Positions 50,240-61,428 of a stretch of 64,000 nt of DNA are shown in pieces (the first letter of the stretch is position 1; every line of letters begins with the position of its first letter). A model generated the notes under the pieces. That model was not told the DNA's origin. It did not search any database and saw only the letters and a list, made by a program, of their open reading frames with translations. This DNA is from an uncultured cyanobacterium (GTDB lineage: Bacteria; Cyanobacteriota; Cyanobacteriia; CAKZMO01): positions 160,001 to 224,000 of the forward strand of contig CAVRCJ010000001.1 in the NCBI GenBank assembly GCA_963719515.1. Direction: 5' to 3'. Made by a program: the position numbers and the translations under genes.

Positions 50240-50983
50240 TCAAAGGTTTGACTCAAGCCACGCAGTAATCTGAGCGGCATTGTCCAACCGTTCGGCTAGC
50301 CGCGTCGTGGGGGGTGGCCATGTCTTAATCAGCGTTGGCGTTGCCGTAATCTGATGGGCCGCCATCTGGTCGGGGTGCTTATGGATATCAATCACTTTGA
50401 GGCTGTAGGGCCGACTCGACTGCTCTAAAGCCTGGTGGACGTGGGTAAGCGTGGTTTCCGTCTCGTCGGTCTGCCCGGCAACAAATAGAGTCAACACGCA
50501 CCCCAGTGATTCATCCTCGCTTGCAGAGAGCTGCGGCGCGGCAAAGGCCTGCATGACCAAATCGTGAGATTGCCAAAGCTGGGGAAATCGCTGCCGATAT
50601 TTGACCAGCAGTTGAGGATCGCAGAGATCTGGCGTAACCGGAATCCCTTTCCAGTCGGCCACATCAATGCCAAACACCGCATACAGGAGCGACCGATGAC
50701 GCATCACCAGGGGACGCGCCTCCGCCACCGTCAAAATTTGAGAGGTCTTTGGATCCTGCCAGCGGTCTACCGTTGCGGTGTAGCAGGGCACTAGGAAATA
50801 GGGCGGTTCAGGCAAGTTGAGGCGGTCTTGAAGCGCCGTACAGAGGTGCAGATGCCAGCGGCTCTGCTTGTGGACGTCGATGCAATAGGCTAAATCGCCT
50901 CCTGGCGTGAATAGAGCGATCCCTTTAAACAGAGGCGGCATGCTCTCTATAGGGTTGACCACTGGATTACCACTAGACGACAC
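50240..50983 (-). CDS. KaiB-domain-containing protein
   Basis: C-terminal LTLFVAG...YSLKVIDIHKHPD...ATPTLIK resembles KaiB. N-terminus KGIALFTPGGD. Confidence 0.75.
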   Translation of the reverse strand: MSSSGNPVVNPIESMPPLFKGIALFTPGGDLAYCIDVHKQSRWHLHLCTALQDRLNLPEPPYFLVPCYTATVDRWQDPKTSQILTVAEARPLVMRHRSLLYAVFGIDVADWKGIPVTPDLCDPQLLVKYRQRFPQLWQSHDLVMQAFAAPQLSASEDESLGCVLTLFVAGQTDETETTLTHVHQALEQSSRPYSLKVIDIHKHPDQMAAHQITATPTLIKTWPPPTTRLAERLDNAAQITAWLESNL

Positions 50984-51013
50984 AAAGCCCGAACAACGGT
51001 ACCGAAGCTGCTC

Positions 51014-52321
51014 CTAAACCCGGCCCCGAAGAATTTGTGCCATTTCGTTTGCCTTGGGCGACATCTCTAGGGCCGTCTCCTCAGTAATTCGGCCCGCTTC
51101 GTAGAGCTGGTAAAGAGACTGATTCATGGTGCACATGCCGTCAAAGGTGCAGCGGGGAATCAGCGCTTCTACCGCATCTAGGTCGCCCTTCGAGAGATAG
51201 TCCCTGACGGCGTCGGTGTTGATCATGATGTCGTGAAAGGCTGCCCGCTTGCCGTCGGTAGTGCGGCATAGTCCCTGGGAGATGACCGCTACTAAAGACT
51301 CAGCGAGGGATACGCGCACGGGGGCCTGCTCTTCCGGTTCGTACATGTTGAGCACCCGCTCAACGGTCTTAACCGCGCTGTTGGTATGCAGGGTTCCCAT
51401 CACTAGGTGTCCCGTTTGCGCTGCTTTGAGAGCCGTATCGATGGTCTCTCGGTCCCGTAGCTCTCCCAAAAGGATAATGTCGGGGTCTTCCCGCAGCGAA
51501 GCCCGTAGCGCCTGCTCAAACTTGAGGGTGTGAATGCCCACTTCCCGCTGTTTAATTAAGGAGCGCTGACTCGTATGAACGAACTCGATGGGGTCTTCGA
51601 TTGTGATGATGTTTTTGGGCATCTCACGGTTGATGTAGTGGATCATCGCCGCTAGGGTAGTGGACTTGCCTGACCCGGTTGGCCCCGTAATTAACACCAG
51701 CCCCTTTTGATAGTGACAGATATCCTTAAATACCGACGGCATGCTGAGCTCGTCCAAAGTCATGATGCGCTTGGGCACCAGACGCATCACCATGGCAGGT
51801 CCATGCAGCGTATGAAAAAGGTTGATTCTCACCCGAGCAAAGTCGTAGTCGGCAGCGCCGTCATAGTCTAGATGTTCTCTAAACTGCTCAATCACCAAAT
51901 CGGGTAATACTTCGCTCAGCCAGCCGAAAAAGGTCTCGTCATCGGTGATGGGATGATTGGTGCGCGTAATCTCCCCGCGATCGCGATAGCGAGGCACTTC
52001 TCCGACGCCCACGTGAACATCTGAAAACCCTTTGCTGAAAGCCTCTTGCACAATCTCCGCCAAAGAAGGCATCCCAGGCGATCGCCTGCGCCTCCGCTCA
52101 TCCAAACTTGCTGGCGGCTGCCCCATAGGTGGCGGTGCGGGGATGCCCCCTGCGGGCATAGCTTCCGTAGGCGCAGGGCCGACGGTTCTGTTGCCATGAG
52201 GGCCAGAGGCTTGGGTCCCGGTCCTAGAAGCTGCCTCTCCACTGGGCGACGTGGTGCGGCGCGGTGGCGGCGGTGGCATGTGGGATTGGGGCGGGGTGGG
52301 GGGGCGTTGTGAGTCAGTCAT
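51014..52321 (-). CDS. pilT: Type IV pilus retraction ATPase (PilT2-type, Pro-rich N-terminus)
   Basis: GPTGSGKSTT, TIEDPIE, SLREDPD and GHLVMGTLH. Confidence 0.92.
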   Translation of the reverse strand: MTDSQRPPTPPQSHMPPPPPRRTTSPSGEAASRTGTQASGPHGNRTVGPAPTEAMPAGGIPAPPPMGQPPASLDERRRRRSPGMPSLAEIVQEAFSKGFSDVHVGVGEVPRYRDRGEITRTNHPITDDETFFGWLSEVLPDLVIEQFREHLDYDGAADYDFARVRINLFHTLHGPAMVMRLVPKRIMTLDELSMPSVFKDICHYQKGLVLITGPTGSGKSTTLAAMIHYINREMPKNIITIEDPIEFVHTSQRSLIKQREVGIHTLKFEQALRASLREDPDIILLGELRDRETIDTALKAAQTGHLVMGTLHTNSAVKTVERVLNMYEPEEQAPVRVSLAESLVAVISQGLCRTTDGKRAAFHDIMINTDAVRDYLSKGDLDAVEALIPRCTFDGMCTMNQSLYQLYEAGRITEETALEMSPKANEMAQILRGRV

Positions 52322-52409
52322 AGCTCAAATCCACGTCAATGTCGGAGTGCAGTCTGGTTACAGATTACCCCCGCTGTTTATGTTTCGCTGCAGTTGCGCA
52401 CGAGAATTC

Positions 52410-52801
52410 GTGACATCCTCCCGACGCTGACAGCAAGCTGTACAGCGCGGGCTTCCTCAGTGACTCCCAGCTATTGCCGGGACATATCCTGAGATAGGTT
52501 TATACTCCGCCTGATGCCCCACGGCAGAGTTTTGAATTTTCATCTCCGCGAGGGAGGATACGCACTATGTGTCGCAGATACATTTGCAAACTGAGGAACG
52601 GGTGACTTGCAGCTTTCGCCTACGGGCCCGTCACACTCTTTGCGGGGTGTATCACCTTGCTATCTCTATCATACCAACTGCTAGCCTCAGCGCTGAGCGC
52701 ACTATCGGCTGTGCATCATTTTGCGGGCGCACTTCGGCTAGCGCGACTCTCATCCCGACGCTCACCCTGACGGGTAGAGCGCGGGGCTTCCCGTCTAGTC
52801 G
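52410..52801 (-). mobile_element. Non-autonomous IS200/IS605-family element, copy 2 (392 bp)
   Basis: Reverse complement of 21503-21895 with 4 substitutions and a 1-bp indel by eye. Also preceded by TTTAG (CTAAA at 52802-52806). Confidence 0.9.
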
Positions 52802-53201
52802 CTAAATTGAACCTCGTCTCAGCCGGGAGAGGGCTTTGATTTTCGGCGTAAACCGAGGTACTTTGCGCCACAAAGTGTAGTGAAGTAGACGGCATCGCTA
52901 CAGCGTCATGCGTAACGTCGGTAGATGACGCGTTTGTCAGTAATGCGTCCCTTGACGCCTGCTGAAGCTCGATACCCCTGACTAAGTATAGTAACGTCTT
53001 TCGGTAGTCCCTGAAGCAGGCCTATCTGCCAGGCAAACGAGCCGCAGCGACTAGCCACAGCTCACACCGGCGAGGGAGGTCATGGGTGAGTCGGGCAGTT
53101 AACAAAGCGTCGTAAGACGGCTTCTCAATTTACACTAGAGTATAGAGAGCCGCTACGATCTGATACTAACCAACACTAAAGATTTAGAAAGGTAAAGTTC
53201 T

Positions 53202-55106
53202 ATGCACCTGAGTGAATTGACCCATCCAAATCAGCTCCATGGGTTGTCGATTCATCAACTTAATCAAGTGGCCCGCCAGATTCGTGAGAAGCACCTGGAG
53301 ACGGTTGCCGCTAGTGGAGGGCATCTAGGGCCGGGGTTGGGCGTCGTCGAACTGACGCTAGCCCTCTACCAAACCCTTGACCTCGATCGCGACAAGGTCA
53401 TCTGGGACGTCGGCCACCAAGCATACCCCCATAAAATGATTACGGGGCGCTACCACAAGTTCCATACCCTACGTCAAAAAGACGGCATCGCGGGCTACCT
53501 CAAACGCTGTGAAAGCCGGTTCGACCACTTCGGAGCGGGCCATGCCTCCACCAGCATCTCGGCGGGTCTCGGCATGGCGCTTGCGCGCGACGCCCAAGGC
53601 GAGAACTTTAAAGTGGCGGCGGTCATCGGAGATGGGGCGCTGACGGGCGGTATGGCGCTGGAGGCGATCAATCACGCGGGCCACCTGCCCAATACCAAGC
53701 TGCTGGTGGTGCTCAACGACAACGAGATGTCAATTTCGCCCAACGTCGGGGCAATCCCTCGCTACCTCAACAAAATGCGCCTCAGCCCGCCCGTACAGTT
53801 TTTGGCGGACAATTTTGAAGAGCAGGTGAGACAGCTCCCCTTCATGGGGGACACCCTTCCTCCAGAGCTCACCCGCCTCAAGGAAGGCATGAAGCGACTC
53901 GCCATTCCCAAAGTAGGAGCGGTCTTCGAGGAGATGGGCTTTACCTACATGGGCCCTGTGGACGGCCACAATATTGAGGAGCTGATCAGCACCTTCAACC
54001 AGGCCCACAGTCACCAGGGCCCTGTGCTGGTGCATGTGGCAACGACCAAAGGCAAAGGCTATGCGATCGCCGAAAACGACCAGGTGGGCTATCACGCCCA
54101 GTCGCCGTTTGACCTCGCTACAGGCAAGGCCGCTCCAGCCAGCAAGCCCAAGCCTCCCGGCTACTCTAAAGTGTTTGTCCACACGCTGGTTACCCTAGCG
54201 GAAAACAATCCCAAGATTGTTGGGATCACGGCAGCGATGGCGACGGGCACTGGGCTAGTGAAGCTTCAGGCCAAGCTACCAAACCAATACATCGACGTGG
54301 GCATCGCTGAGCAGCACGCGGTCACGCTATCGGCGGGGCTAGCCTGCGAGGGGATGCGCCCGGTGGTGGCCATCTACTCTACCTTCCTGCAGCGAGCCTA
54401 CGACCAAATCATTCACGACGTCTGTATTCAAAACCTGCCGGTGTTCTTCTGCCTTGACCGGGCGGGTATTGTGGGCGCTGATGGCCCCACCCACCAAGGT
54501 CTATACGATATTGCCTCCCTGCGCTGCATCCCCAACATCGTGGTGATGGCCCCCAAAGACGAGGCCGAGCTGCAGCGCATGGTGGTTACCGGAATAAACC
54601 ACACCAGCGGCCCCATCGCCATGCGCTATCCCCGAGGTAACGGCTACGGGGTGCCGCTGATGGAAGAGGGCTGGGAGCCGATTCCTGTGGGCAAGGCGGA
54701 AATTCTGCGTCAGGGTGATGACGTCCTGCTGCTGGGCTATGGCGCTATGGTCTACCCAGCCATGCAGACGGCGGAGATCTTGAGCGAGCACGGCATAGAG
54801 GCTACAGTGGTCAATGCTCGCTTTGTCAAGCCCCTGGACACCGAGCTGATTTTGCCGCTAGCGGAGAAGATTGGCCATGTCGTCACCCTAGAAGAGGGCT
54901 GCGTGACCGGCGGCTTTGGCTCGGCGGTGGCGGAAGCGCTGCTGGACGAAGATCTTCTTGTCCGCGTGACGCGCATTGGCGTTCCCGACCAGCTTGTAGA
55001 CCACGCCAAAGCTGACGAGGCCAAGGCTGAAATCGGTTTGATGCCGTCCCAAATGGCAGAGCGTATCCTTAAGGCAAGGAAATCATCAGCGGTCTCGGTC
55101 GTTTAG
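53202..55106 (+). CDS. dxs: 1-deoxy-D-xylulose-5-phosphate synthase
   Basis: [33 protein letters not shown] and DGPTHQG. Confidence 0.98.
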   Translation: MHLSELTHPNQLHGLSIHQLNQVARQIREKHLETVAASGGHLGPGLGVVELTLALYQTLDLDRDKVIWDVGHQAYPHKMITGRYHKFHTLRQKDGIAGYLKRCESRFDHFGAGHASTSISAGLGMALARDAQGENFKVAAVIGDGALTGGMALEAINHAGHLPNTKLLVVLNDNEMSISPNVGAIPRYLNKMRLSPPVQFLADNFEEQVRQLPFMGDTLPPELTRLKEGMKRLAIPKVGAVFEEMGFTYMGPVDGHNIEELISTFNQAHSHQGPVLVHVATTKGKGYAIAENDQVGYHAQSPFDLATGKAAPASKPKPPGYSKVFVHTLVTLAENNPKIVGITAAMATGTGLVKLQAKLPNQYIDVGIAEQHAVTLSAGLACEGMRPVVAIYSTFLQRAYDQIIHDVCIQNLPVFFCLDRAGIVGADGPTHQGLYDIASLRCIPNIVVMAPKDEAELQRMVVTGINHTSGPIAMRYPRGNGYGVPLMEEGWEPIPVGKAEILRQGDDVLLLGYGAMVYPAMQTAEILSEHGIEATVVNARFVKPLDTELILPLAEKIGHVVTLEEGCVTGGFGSAVAEALLDEDLLVRVTRIGVPDQLVDHAKADEAKAEIGLMPSQMAERILKARKSSAVSVV

Positions 55107-55225
55107 AGTTAGGCGGGTAGGTCGGTCTGCGAGCCAGTTTGCCCAGCCCGGCTGAGCTACCCGCGCCTGTCTGCCTTGGGAGGCAAGACTGTCTTTAAAT
55201 TGAGATTAGGTAGGGTGAGGCGATC

Positions 55226-55513
55226 ATGCCAGCTTTCACATCTAGAGTGTCCGTCCACGTGCTGGTTTCTGGGGTCGTTCAGGGCGTAGGGTACCGCATG
55301 TCGGCGCGGGATGCCGCGCTCCACCACGGACTCGCAGGCTGGGTGAAAAACTTACCCGATGGCCGGGTCGAGGCGGCCTTTGAGGGAGGCTCAGAGGCGG
55401 TGGAAGCAATGATTCGCTGGTGCCGTCAAGGGCCTCCGGCTGCTGCGGTCGATGAGGTCGCGGTGGAATACCAGGAATTAGAGGGCGCGCAAACGTTCGA
55501 GATTCGGCGATAA
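55226..55513 (+). CDS. acyP: Acylphosphatase
   Basis: [10 protein letters not shown] and [12 protein letters not shown]. Confidence 0.93.
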   Translation: MPAFTSRVSVHVLVSGVVQGVGYRMSARDAALHHGLAGWVKNLPDGRVEAAFEGGSEAVEAMIRWCRQGPPAAAVDEVAVEYQELEGAQTFEIRR

Positions 55514-55555
55514 TCATCTCACCCGCTGTTGATGACGTAGGCATGGAGTGAAGCG

Positions 55556-55741
55556 ATGTTAGGTTTAGGTTGGCCCGAAGTGGTCGTAGTCTTGGTTGTG
55601 GCTTTGCTCATCTTTGGTCCTAAAAAGATCCCGGAGATTGGCGGAGCGTTTGGCAAAACGCTCAAGGGATTTAAAGATGAGATCAGCGGTAGTCCTGACG
55701 AAGACTTGATTGATGGATATGACGACGACGATGACGCTTAG
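55556..55741 (+). CDS. tatA: Twin-arginine translocase subunit
   Basis: LGWPE...LLIFGPKKIPEIG...GFK. Confidence 0.92.
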   Translation: MLGLGWPEVVVVLVVALLIFGPKKIPEIGGAFGKTLKGFKDEISGSPDEDLIDGYDDDDDA

Positions 55742-55862
55742 CGCCTGATATGGCGTCTGGAGGATCAAACCGCGGGGTGAGCGCGCCCAACACAGATCCG
55801 TGACCCAAACGCAACAGGCGTTGAGTATTGAAGCGCGGTCCGGAGCCCACGAGGCGATCGCC

Positions 55863-56426
55863 CTAAGGCTGCTGGATTGGCCAGGTTCCTGCCACAGACC
55901 AGCCGTCGCCATTATCTTGATAGAGCTTCATATCCCATCCAGCCCTTGCTGTCCAGTTAATCTTCTCCCCCAAAGACTGCAGCGCTTTATGCTGAGCCTC
56001 ATCTGCTGGGAACGCCAGGTGGAGATAAAGCGCCTCTTCCGGACAGATTTGCGTTTGAGTAGGCTGCAGGCGCTCCATGAGTGTGGCAATCACCTTGTGG
56101 ACCCAAGCAGAGGATAGCTCTAGCTGGTGGTGGCGAATTGAGTAGTGGGAATCGACGACTTCAACCACGGCGTCATTCTGTTTTGGGGCCCCCATAATAG
56201 CGGCATCAAGATGCGCAATGTAGTCGTCGGCAGAGACCGCCCCCCGAAAATTCTTTACGAGCGAGCAGTAAGGCGGCTCAGCGGGCTGTCCCACAATCTC
56301 AGACAGCTCGCCCTGGTACTGGGTAAGCTCCTCCGCCAGGTCTCCCGTCGCGTATAGCCGAATTGAGAACTGAGCCATCTGGCCTCCTGGGGTTATAGCG
56401 AGTTGGGGGGTTGTGGAAGGGGTCAT
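55863..56426 (-). CDS. Hypothetical protein, possibly a degenerate 2H-phosphoesterase fold
   Basis: ATGA overlap with the chlD stop. PPYCSL and ALYLHLAF sit where HxT/S motifs would be expected. Confidence 0.6.
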   Translation of the reverse strand: MTPSTTPQLAITPGGQMAQFSIRLYATGDLAEELTQYQGELSEIVGQPAEPPYCSLVKNFRGAVSADDYIAHLDAAIMGAPKQNDAVVEVVDSHYSIRHHQLELSSAWVHKVIATLMERLQPTQTQICPEEALYLHLAFPADEAQHKALQSLGEKINWTARAGWDMKLYQDNGDGWSVAGTWPIQQP

Positions 56427-58486
56427 GCAGGCGAGAGCGCATCCCTAATGGCTCCCTGAGTCATGGCCGCGATCGCCTGGTCGGTCGCCTTAGGGAGGTG
56501 ATAGTATTTTCCTCCGGCTTGCTGAGCCAGCTCTTTGGCAAACCCCGTGGAGACGAACTTGCGCTCGGTGTCGACAATCAAAAACTGAAAGCCCGTCCCT
56601 CGAATCTTACCCGCAATATCCAGCAGTTCAGCTTTGATATCGGGTTTTTCGTCGTCAGGGGTAAGCTCCCCCAACGATAGCGCTAGCGGGACGTTGCCTC
56701 GCCCGTCGGTAATTGCCACAATCAGCACCTGCCCGATGTCGCCAGATTTCTGGGCATTTACCCCAACCCTGACCGCCTGGGTGAGACCGTGGGCCAAAGG
56801 AGACCCTCCCCCACAGGCCATGCGCTCCAGCCTACGGCTAGCCGCAGAGATAGAGCGGGTGGGGGGCAGCAAGACCTCGGCCTGCTTACCCCGAAAAGGA
56901 ATCAGGGCCACCTGGTCGCGGTTTTGATAGGCTTCGGTGAGCAGCCGCAGCACGGCCCCTTTGGCGGCCTGCATGCGGTTGAGGGCCATAGAGCCGGAAG
57001 CATCTACCACAAACACCACCAGGGCTCCCGACTTACGGGCCAGCTGCTTGGTGCGGATGTCGCCCTGCTCAACAAAGACCCGGCGGCTGGGCTGGCGATC
57101 TTGGTTCTGGCGATCGCCTTTTTCGCGGCGGGCCTTTTGGTAGGGGGCCGCGGCTCTGAGGGTGGCGTCCACAGCGATGCGGCGCACCTGGCCCCGAGGC
57201 AAAATAGGGCGAATGTAGCGTCCCCGGTCTTCGGAAAAGATCAGGTTGCGGGATCCGGATTTACCCTGGCGCTGGGCGGTTTGGGCGAAGTAGAGCACCG
57301 AGGGGTCAAGGATGACCCCTTCTGGGTCGAAGATAAACTCTTCGGGGATGTCGGGGACGGAGTCCTGGTCCTGCTCTTCCTGGTCTTGGTCCTGGTCCGG
57401 GTCTTGCTCTTGCTCTTGCGAATCTTCGGTATCGGGCTCTGGCGGCGGGGGCGGGGGCGGCTCATTGGGAGGTTGCTCCACCTGGATGGCCCGGGGCACA
57501 ATCACCAGCTCCACCGCCTTGCGCAAATCTTCAGCGTTGATGCCGGTACGTCCGTCGAGCGCCGCATGGGCTTTAGCCACTCTCACCGCAAACAGCTCGG
57601 CCCGGTGGCCTTGCACCCCCGCCCTCAGCGCTTCGTTGACCAAGTAGGCCACCTGATCGCGGGTAATGACGACGTCGCTGAGCCACTCCCGCGCCAAAAT
57701 AATTTGGGTCTTAATGCCGTCAATATCTTCGGCGTACTGCTCTAGAAACGCCTGGGGAGATTCGGCGTAGCCCGTGGCCTGCTGCACTGCCTCTACGCGC
57801 TCATCTAGGCCCAGCACCTGGTCTGCGGAGAGGGCGATCGCAATGCGGTCGACCACATGGGGGCGCAGCTCGCCCTCGTCAGGATTGTAGGTGGCCACTA
57901 GGATGGGACGGCAGGGGTGCCAAGCGCTGATGCCTTCCCGCTCAATTTGGTTGCGGCCCTCGGTGACGGTGGCCAGCAGCAGGTTAGAAATCTGGTCGTC
58001 TAGCAGGTTGAGGTCGTCAATGTACATCACTCCTCGGTGAGCCTCCGCCAGCAGTCCGGGCTGCAGTACGGTAGCGCCCTGCTTCATGGACTGAGCGACA
58101 TCGACGGCCCCTAGCAAGCGGTCTTCGGTGACCCCGAGAGGTACTTGGATAAAGGGGCAGGGAATGACGGCTGTTTCTGAGGCCGCCTCTGGATTTGCCT
58201 CTGGGCTTATCTGCGGGCTTGTCTCCAGATTTATCTTTGGCGCTGTTTCAGACGATGGCTCTTGCTCATCCGGCGCGGCATTGTAGTACGAGCCTTTTAC
58301 CACCTCAATCGGGGGCAGCAGAGCATGCAGCGCCCGCGCCATCACGGACTTTGCCGTTCCCCGCCGTCCGGAAATGACCACCCCTCCAAGCTCGGGGTCG
58401 ATGGCCACCAGCAGCAGCGCCAGCTTGATGGCTTCTTGACCGACAACGGCGGTGAGGGGAAACGCAACGGGAGCAGTCGAAACCAT
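56423..58486 (-). CDS. chlD: Magnesium chelatase subunit D
   Basis: [12 protein letters not shown] domain, poly-Pro/acidic linker and vWA DASGSM. Confidence 0.96.
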   Translation of the reverse strand: MVSTAPVAFPLTAVVGQEAIKLALLLVAIDPELGGVVISGRRGTAKSVMARALHALLPPIEVVKGSYYNAAPDEQEPSSETAPKINLETSPQISPEANPEAASETAVIPCPFIQVPLGVTEDRLLGAVDVAQSMKQGATVLQPGLLAEAHRGVMYIDDLNLLDDQISNLLLATVTEGRNQIEREGISAWHPCRPILVATYNPDEGELRPHVVDRIAIALSADQVLGLDERVEAVQQATGYAESPQAFLEQYAEDIDGIKTQIILAREWLSDVVITRDQVAYLVNEALRAGVQGHRAELFAVRVAKAHAALDGRTGINAEDLRKAVELVIVPRAIQVEQPPNEPPPPPPPEPDTEDSQEQEQDPDQDQDQEEQDQDSVPDIPEEFIFDPEGVILDPSVLYFAQTAQRQGKSGSRNLIFSEDRGRYIRPILPRGQVRRIAVDATLRAAAPYQKARREKGDRQNQDRQPSRRVFVEQGDIRTKQLARKSGALVVFVVDASGSMALNRMQAAKGAVLRLLTEAYQNRDQVALIPFRGKQAEVLLPPTRSISAASRRLERMACGGGSPLAHGLTQAVRVGVNAQKSGDIGQVLIVAITDGRGNVPLALSLGELTPDDEKPDIKAELLDIAGKIRGTGFQFLIVDTERKFVSTGFAKELAQQAGGKYYHLPKATDQAIAAMTQGAIRDALSPA

Positions 58487-58656
58487 GTATCAAGCAGGAT
58501 AATCTAGCTTTCTAACGATATCAATATTTAACGTCCTGTAGCGGCAGGCGATCGCTATGATCACGGAATATGGCAATGCTACATTGACCAGATAAGCCAA
58601 AGCGTATAGATGTTAAAGAATGTAGCAGGGCATTTACCTCACAGCTGCGATCGCCT

Positions 58657-59148
58657 ATGTCCCCCCGTTTTGCCACCACCACAGATTGGGAGCAGGCCAA
58701 CCTGCTAATGCAGCCCACCTTTATCCGCGTCATCGACAACCTGCGCAAGCAGCTAGAGCGATCGCCCTGGAAGGGAACATACCGGGACGTGGCGGCTTGG
58801 CCAGACGGCACTTCGGCAGCAGAGCGCGAGCAGGTGCTGCAGCTGCAGGAGGCTCTCAAGTCGGCCCAGGCGGAGGAGGTAGCCCGCATTCAGGCGACGC
58901 TAGACCAGCTGCCCCAGCCCTATCCCGGCTATGAGCTTTGCCTAGCTCATGGGGAGCGTGAGGTGACGGTGGAGCTGTGGGAGCTGTGCTATCGCATTTG
59001 TTTTGTGAATTATGAGGAGAGCCCTGAGGCGATTGTGGATGCGCGCCTAATTGACGAGCAGGGAGAGGTGGATTGGCACCGGCTCGACGCCAAGACAAAG
59101 ACCTTAATTGGCGAGGTTTTCGCCAGGCTACCCCAACCCTCTACATAA
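58657..59148 (+). CDS. Conserved cyanobacterial hypothetical protein
   Basis: LLMQPTFIRVIDNLRKQLE...LWELCYRICF. Coding-like composition. Confidence 0.75.
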   Translation: MSPRFATTTDWEQANLLMQPTFIRVIDNLRKQLERSPWKGTYRDVAAWPDGTSAAEREQVLQLQEALKSAQAEEVARIQATLDQLPQPYPGYELCLAHGEREVTVELWELCYRICFVNYEESPEAIVDARLIDEQGEVDWHRLDAKTKTLIGEVFARLPQPST

Positions 59149-59422
59149 TTTTTGGCACCTTGAAGAAGGCTTCGTCTCGCTCGGGGGCACCTTCCAGCAT
59201 AGTCTCACGCTCTAGAGTCGGCTCCTTCACGTCAGCGCGGGTGACGTTGCTCACGTCAATCGCCCGCGTAGTGGGGGGTACGTCAGCGGCCTCTAGCTCG
59301 TCGAGCTGCTGCACGTAGTTCAAGATGTCTCCAAGCTGGGCGGTAAACTGCACTTCTTCTGCTTCGGTGAGGGCGAGTCGCGCGAGGTAGGCGACTTTTT
59401 TCACTTGCTCTCGGTCTAGCAT
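59141..59422 (-). CDS. gatC: Asp/Glu-tRNA amidotransferase subunit C
   Basis: VKKVAYLARL...FFKVPKI. Confidence 0.94.
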   Translation of the reverse strand: MLDREQVKKVAYLARLALTEAEEVQFTAQLGDILNYVQQLDELEAADVPPTTRAIDVSNVTRADVKEPTLERETMLEGAPERDEAFFKVPKIM

Positions 59423-59494
59423 GGTCGAGTTATGGGTTGGTAACGGTTTTCAGTCGATTGGGGAGCCGATTTTGGAGTCGGACGTCTTGGAAGA

Positions 59495-59528
59495 CCCCCT
59501 CTAGCTCCCCCTTGCTAAGGGGGAGAAC
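59495..59528. repeat. Cyanobacterial short dispersed palindromic repeat
   Basis: CCCCCTCTAG-CTCCCCCTT-GCT-AAGGGGGAG hairpin. Confidence 0.6.
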
Positions 59529-59586
59529 TTCGGCATTGATGAATCAAGGTACGAATTCACAGCATTAAGTAAGCCCGAAGGCAGGC

Positions 59587-59615
59587 GTGGGGACATGGCA
59601 GTGCCATGTCCGTAC
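59587..59615. repeat. REP-like palindrome
   Basis: GTGG-GGACATGGCA-G-TGCCATGTCC-GTAC, resembling GTAG...CTAC-type REPs. Confidence 0.6.
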
Positions 59616-59657
59616 AAGGCGCATACCCCAAATCAGCAACGCTAGAATTTCTTCGAG

Positions 59658-60179
59658 TTAGAAAAACACGTCCATCTTAGAGCGTCCGGTGGTCTTTAAC
59701 CAGTTTTGAGCTTCGATGTAGTTGTTGGGGGCAAGGCGAATGGCCTGCTGCCAGTGATCGGCGGCCTGCTTTAAGTGCTGCTCGGCCTCTTCTTCTAGCC
59801 CTTCCTCTTTGGCCCGCTCCCCTAAGTAATGGTGGATGACGGCAATATTGTTCAGGGCCTGGGGCATCCGGGGGTTGAGGTCGATGGCTTCTTGGTAAAG
59901 CCCAAGCGCTCTGCCGTGCTCGCCGTTGCTGCCGTGGATCAGCCCCATATTGTAGAGAATGTAGCTGCGATCGTAGGAGTCTTCTTCGAGCTTAAGAGCC
60001 TCTTCGTAGTTGTCTAGGGCTTCAGCGTATTCGCCGTCGGCCTGGGCCGACATGCCGTCGCGATAATAGACGAAGGCCTCTTTAGCCTTTTGCTTGGCGG
60101 GCATGACTTTGAGGATGATGTCCGCCATTACGGTGAAGGACTTGTCGATGAAGTTGTCGTTTCGCTGCGTTCTAGGCAT
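59658..60179 (-). CDS. ycf3: Photosystem I assembly protein Ycf3
   Basis: [15 protein letters not shown] and [13 protein letters not shown]. Confidence 0.98.
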   Translation of the reverse strand: MPRTQRNDNFIDKSFTVMADIILKVMPAKQKAKEAFVYYRDGMSAQADGEYAEALDNYEEALKLEEDSYDRSYILYNMGLIHGSNGEHGRALGLYQEAIDLNPRMPQALNNIAVIHHYLGERAKEEGLEEEAEQHLKQAADHWQQAIRLAPNNYIEAQNWLKTTGRSKMDVFF

Positions 60180-60348
60180 GATGGGTGGGGCTGCGCCTTG
60201 GATTCACACCCCCGATTTTATCGCCTGCGATCGCTGCTGGGGAGAATATGCGGGAATTGTATCAACTTGCAACTGTTGCCAAGGTTCGCCCGAGACAGGG
60301 TGTCGCCTGCCGGGGGAAATGTGCTAGTTTTAGTGAACGCTATGCCTT

Positions 60349-60419
<71 letters not shown>

Positions 60420-60595
60420 TTAAACAAAGACTCAAGCCGCCTACGGTCGGAAACTGTCGGTGCTCTGCCCAGACAACGCCCAACGAGGCGGGCTCCACCG
60501 GTTGCCCGATGAAGCCCATGCTCTATTCTGAGTAGATGTTCGTAGAGAGATATTCGTAGAGCGGTTCCGCAAGAAGAAAACCGAGAGCATTCACC

Positions 60596-61033
60596 CTATT
60601 CGCCACCGCCTACGCTGATGGGCGTTCCCAAAACCTGAGCATTTTGAAGGTCTAGGTTTTCCATAGAGGCCCCGGAGACATCGGCGTGGTAGATCCGCGC
60701 CTCAGTGAAGTCAACGCCATCTAAATTTGCATTCGTCAGGACGGAATTTGTGAGTAGCGCAGACGTCAGGTCCGCGTCTTGCAGATTGGCCCCGGCCAAA
60801 TCGGCCCCTTCTAAATTCGCTCCAACAAGAGTCGCACCGCTTAAATCGGCGTTACGGAGGTCAGCACCGATTAAGTGCGCCTCCCTCAGGTCCGCGCCGC
60901 TCAAGTCGCAGCTTGCGCAGGCTCCCGTCATTAACAGCTGCTGAAGGTGCTGTGGGTCTTCAGCGCGGGCAGATGTTGCCGCCAAGGTGCTCGCTATCAC
61001 GCCGGTCGTTAGGGCAATCAATAGGTTTCGCAT
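60596..61033 (-). CDS. Exported pentapeptide repeat protein
   Basis: Signal peptide, CxxCDL and A(D/N)Lxx repeats. Confidence 0.9.
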   Translation of the reverse strand: MRNLLIALTTGVIASTLAATSARAEDPQHLQQLLMTGACASCDLSGADLREAHLIGADLRNADLSGATLVGANLEGADLAGANLQDADLTSALLTNSVLTNANLDGVDFTEARIYHADVSGASMENLDLQNAQVLGTPISVGGGE

Positions 61034-61428
61034 CTTAAAAATATCTCCTCGTCAAATTATTTAGCCATCTATGGCATGTCGCGCCCTTTTGTCTTGTCGT
61101 AGCTTGTGAAGCCCGTAGTCCCTAGATGAATTTCTAGGTCCGCAAGAGTCCTGAGCCACCCGGCGAAAGGCGTAGAGGATGCCGGTAAGACAGCGCTTGA
61201 AGTCGATCAAGAAACGCTGGCGCTAGTCGCCAAAAAGGGGTAAGGCAGCTTATTCTTTTATTTGCTATTGCCTTTTGCTACACCATTAGTATAGGATGTA
61301 GGGCTGCGATCGCCTTCCTTCTTCCGAATGATTTCCGAGCTAGGGATTGCTAAGCTTAAGGCTGATGCCTCTACGTCGGTACCATTTACCATAGAAGACG
61401 CTCCGTTCTTTATTTCTGTTGGGCTTCT

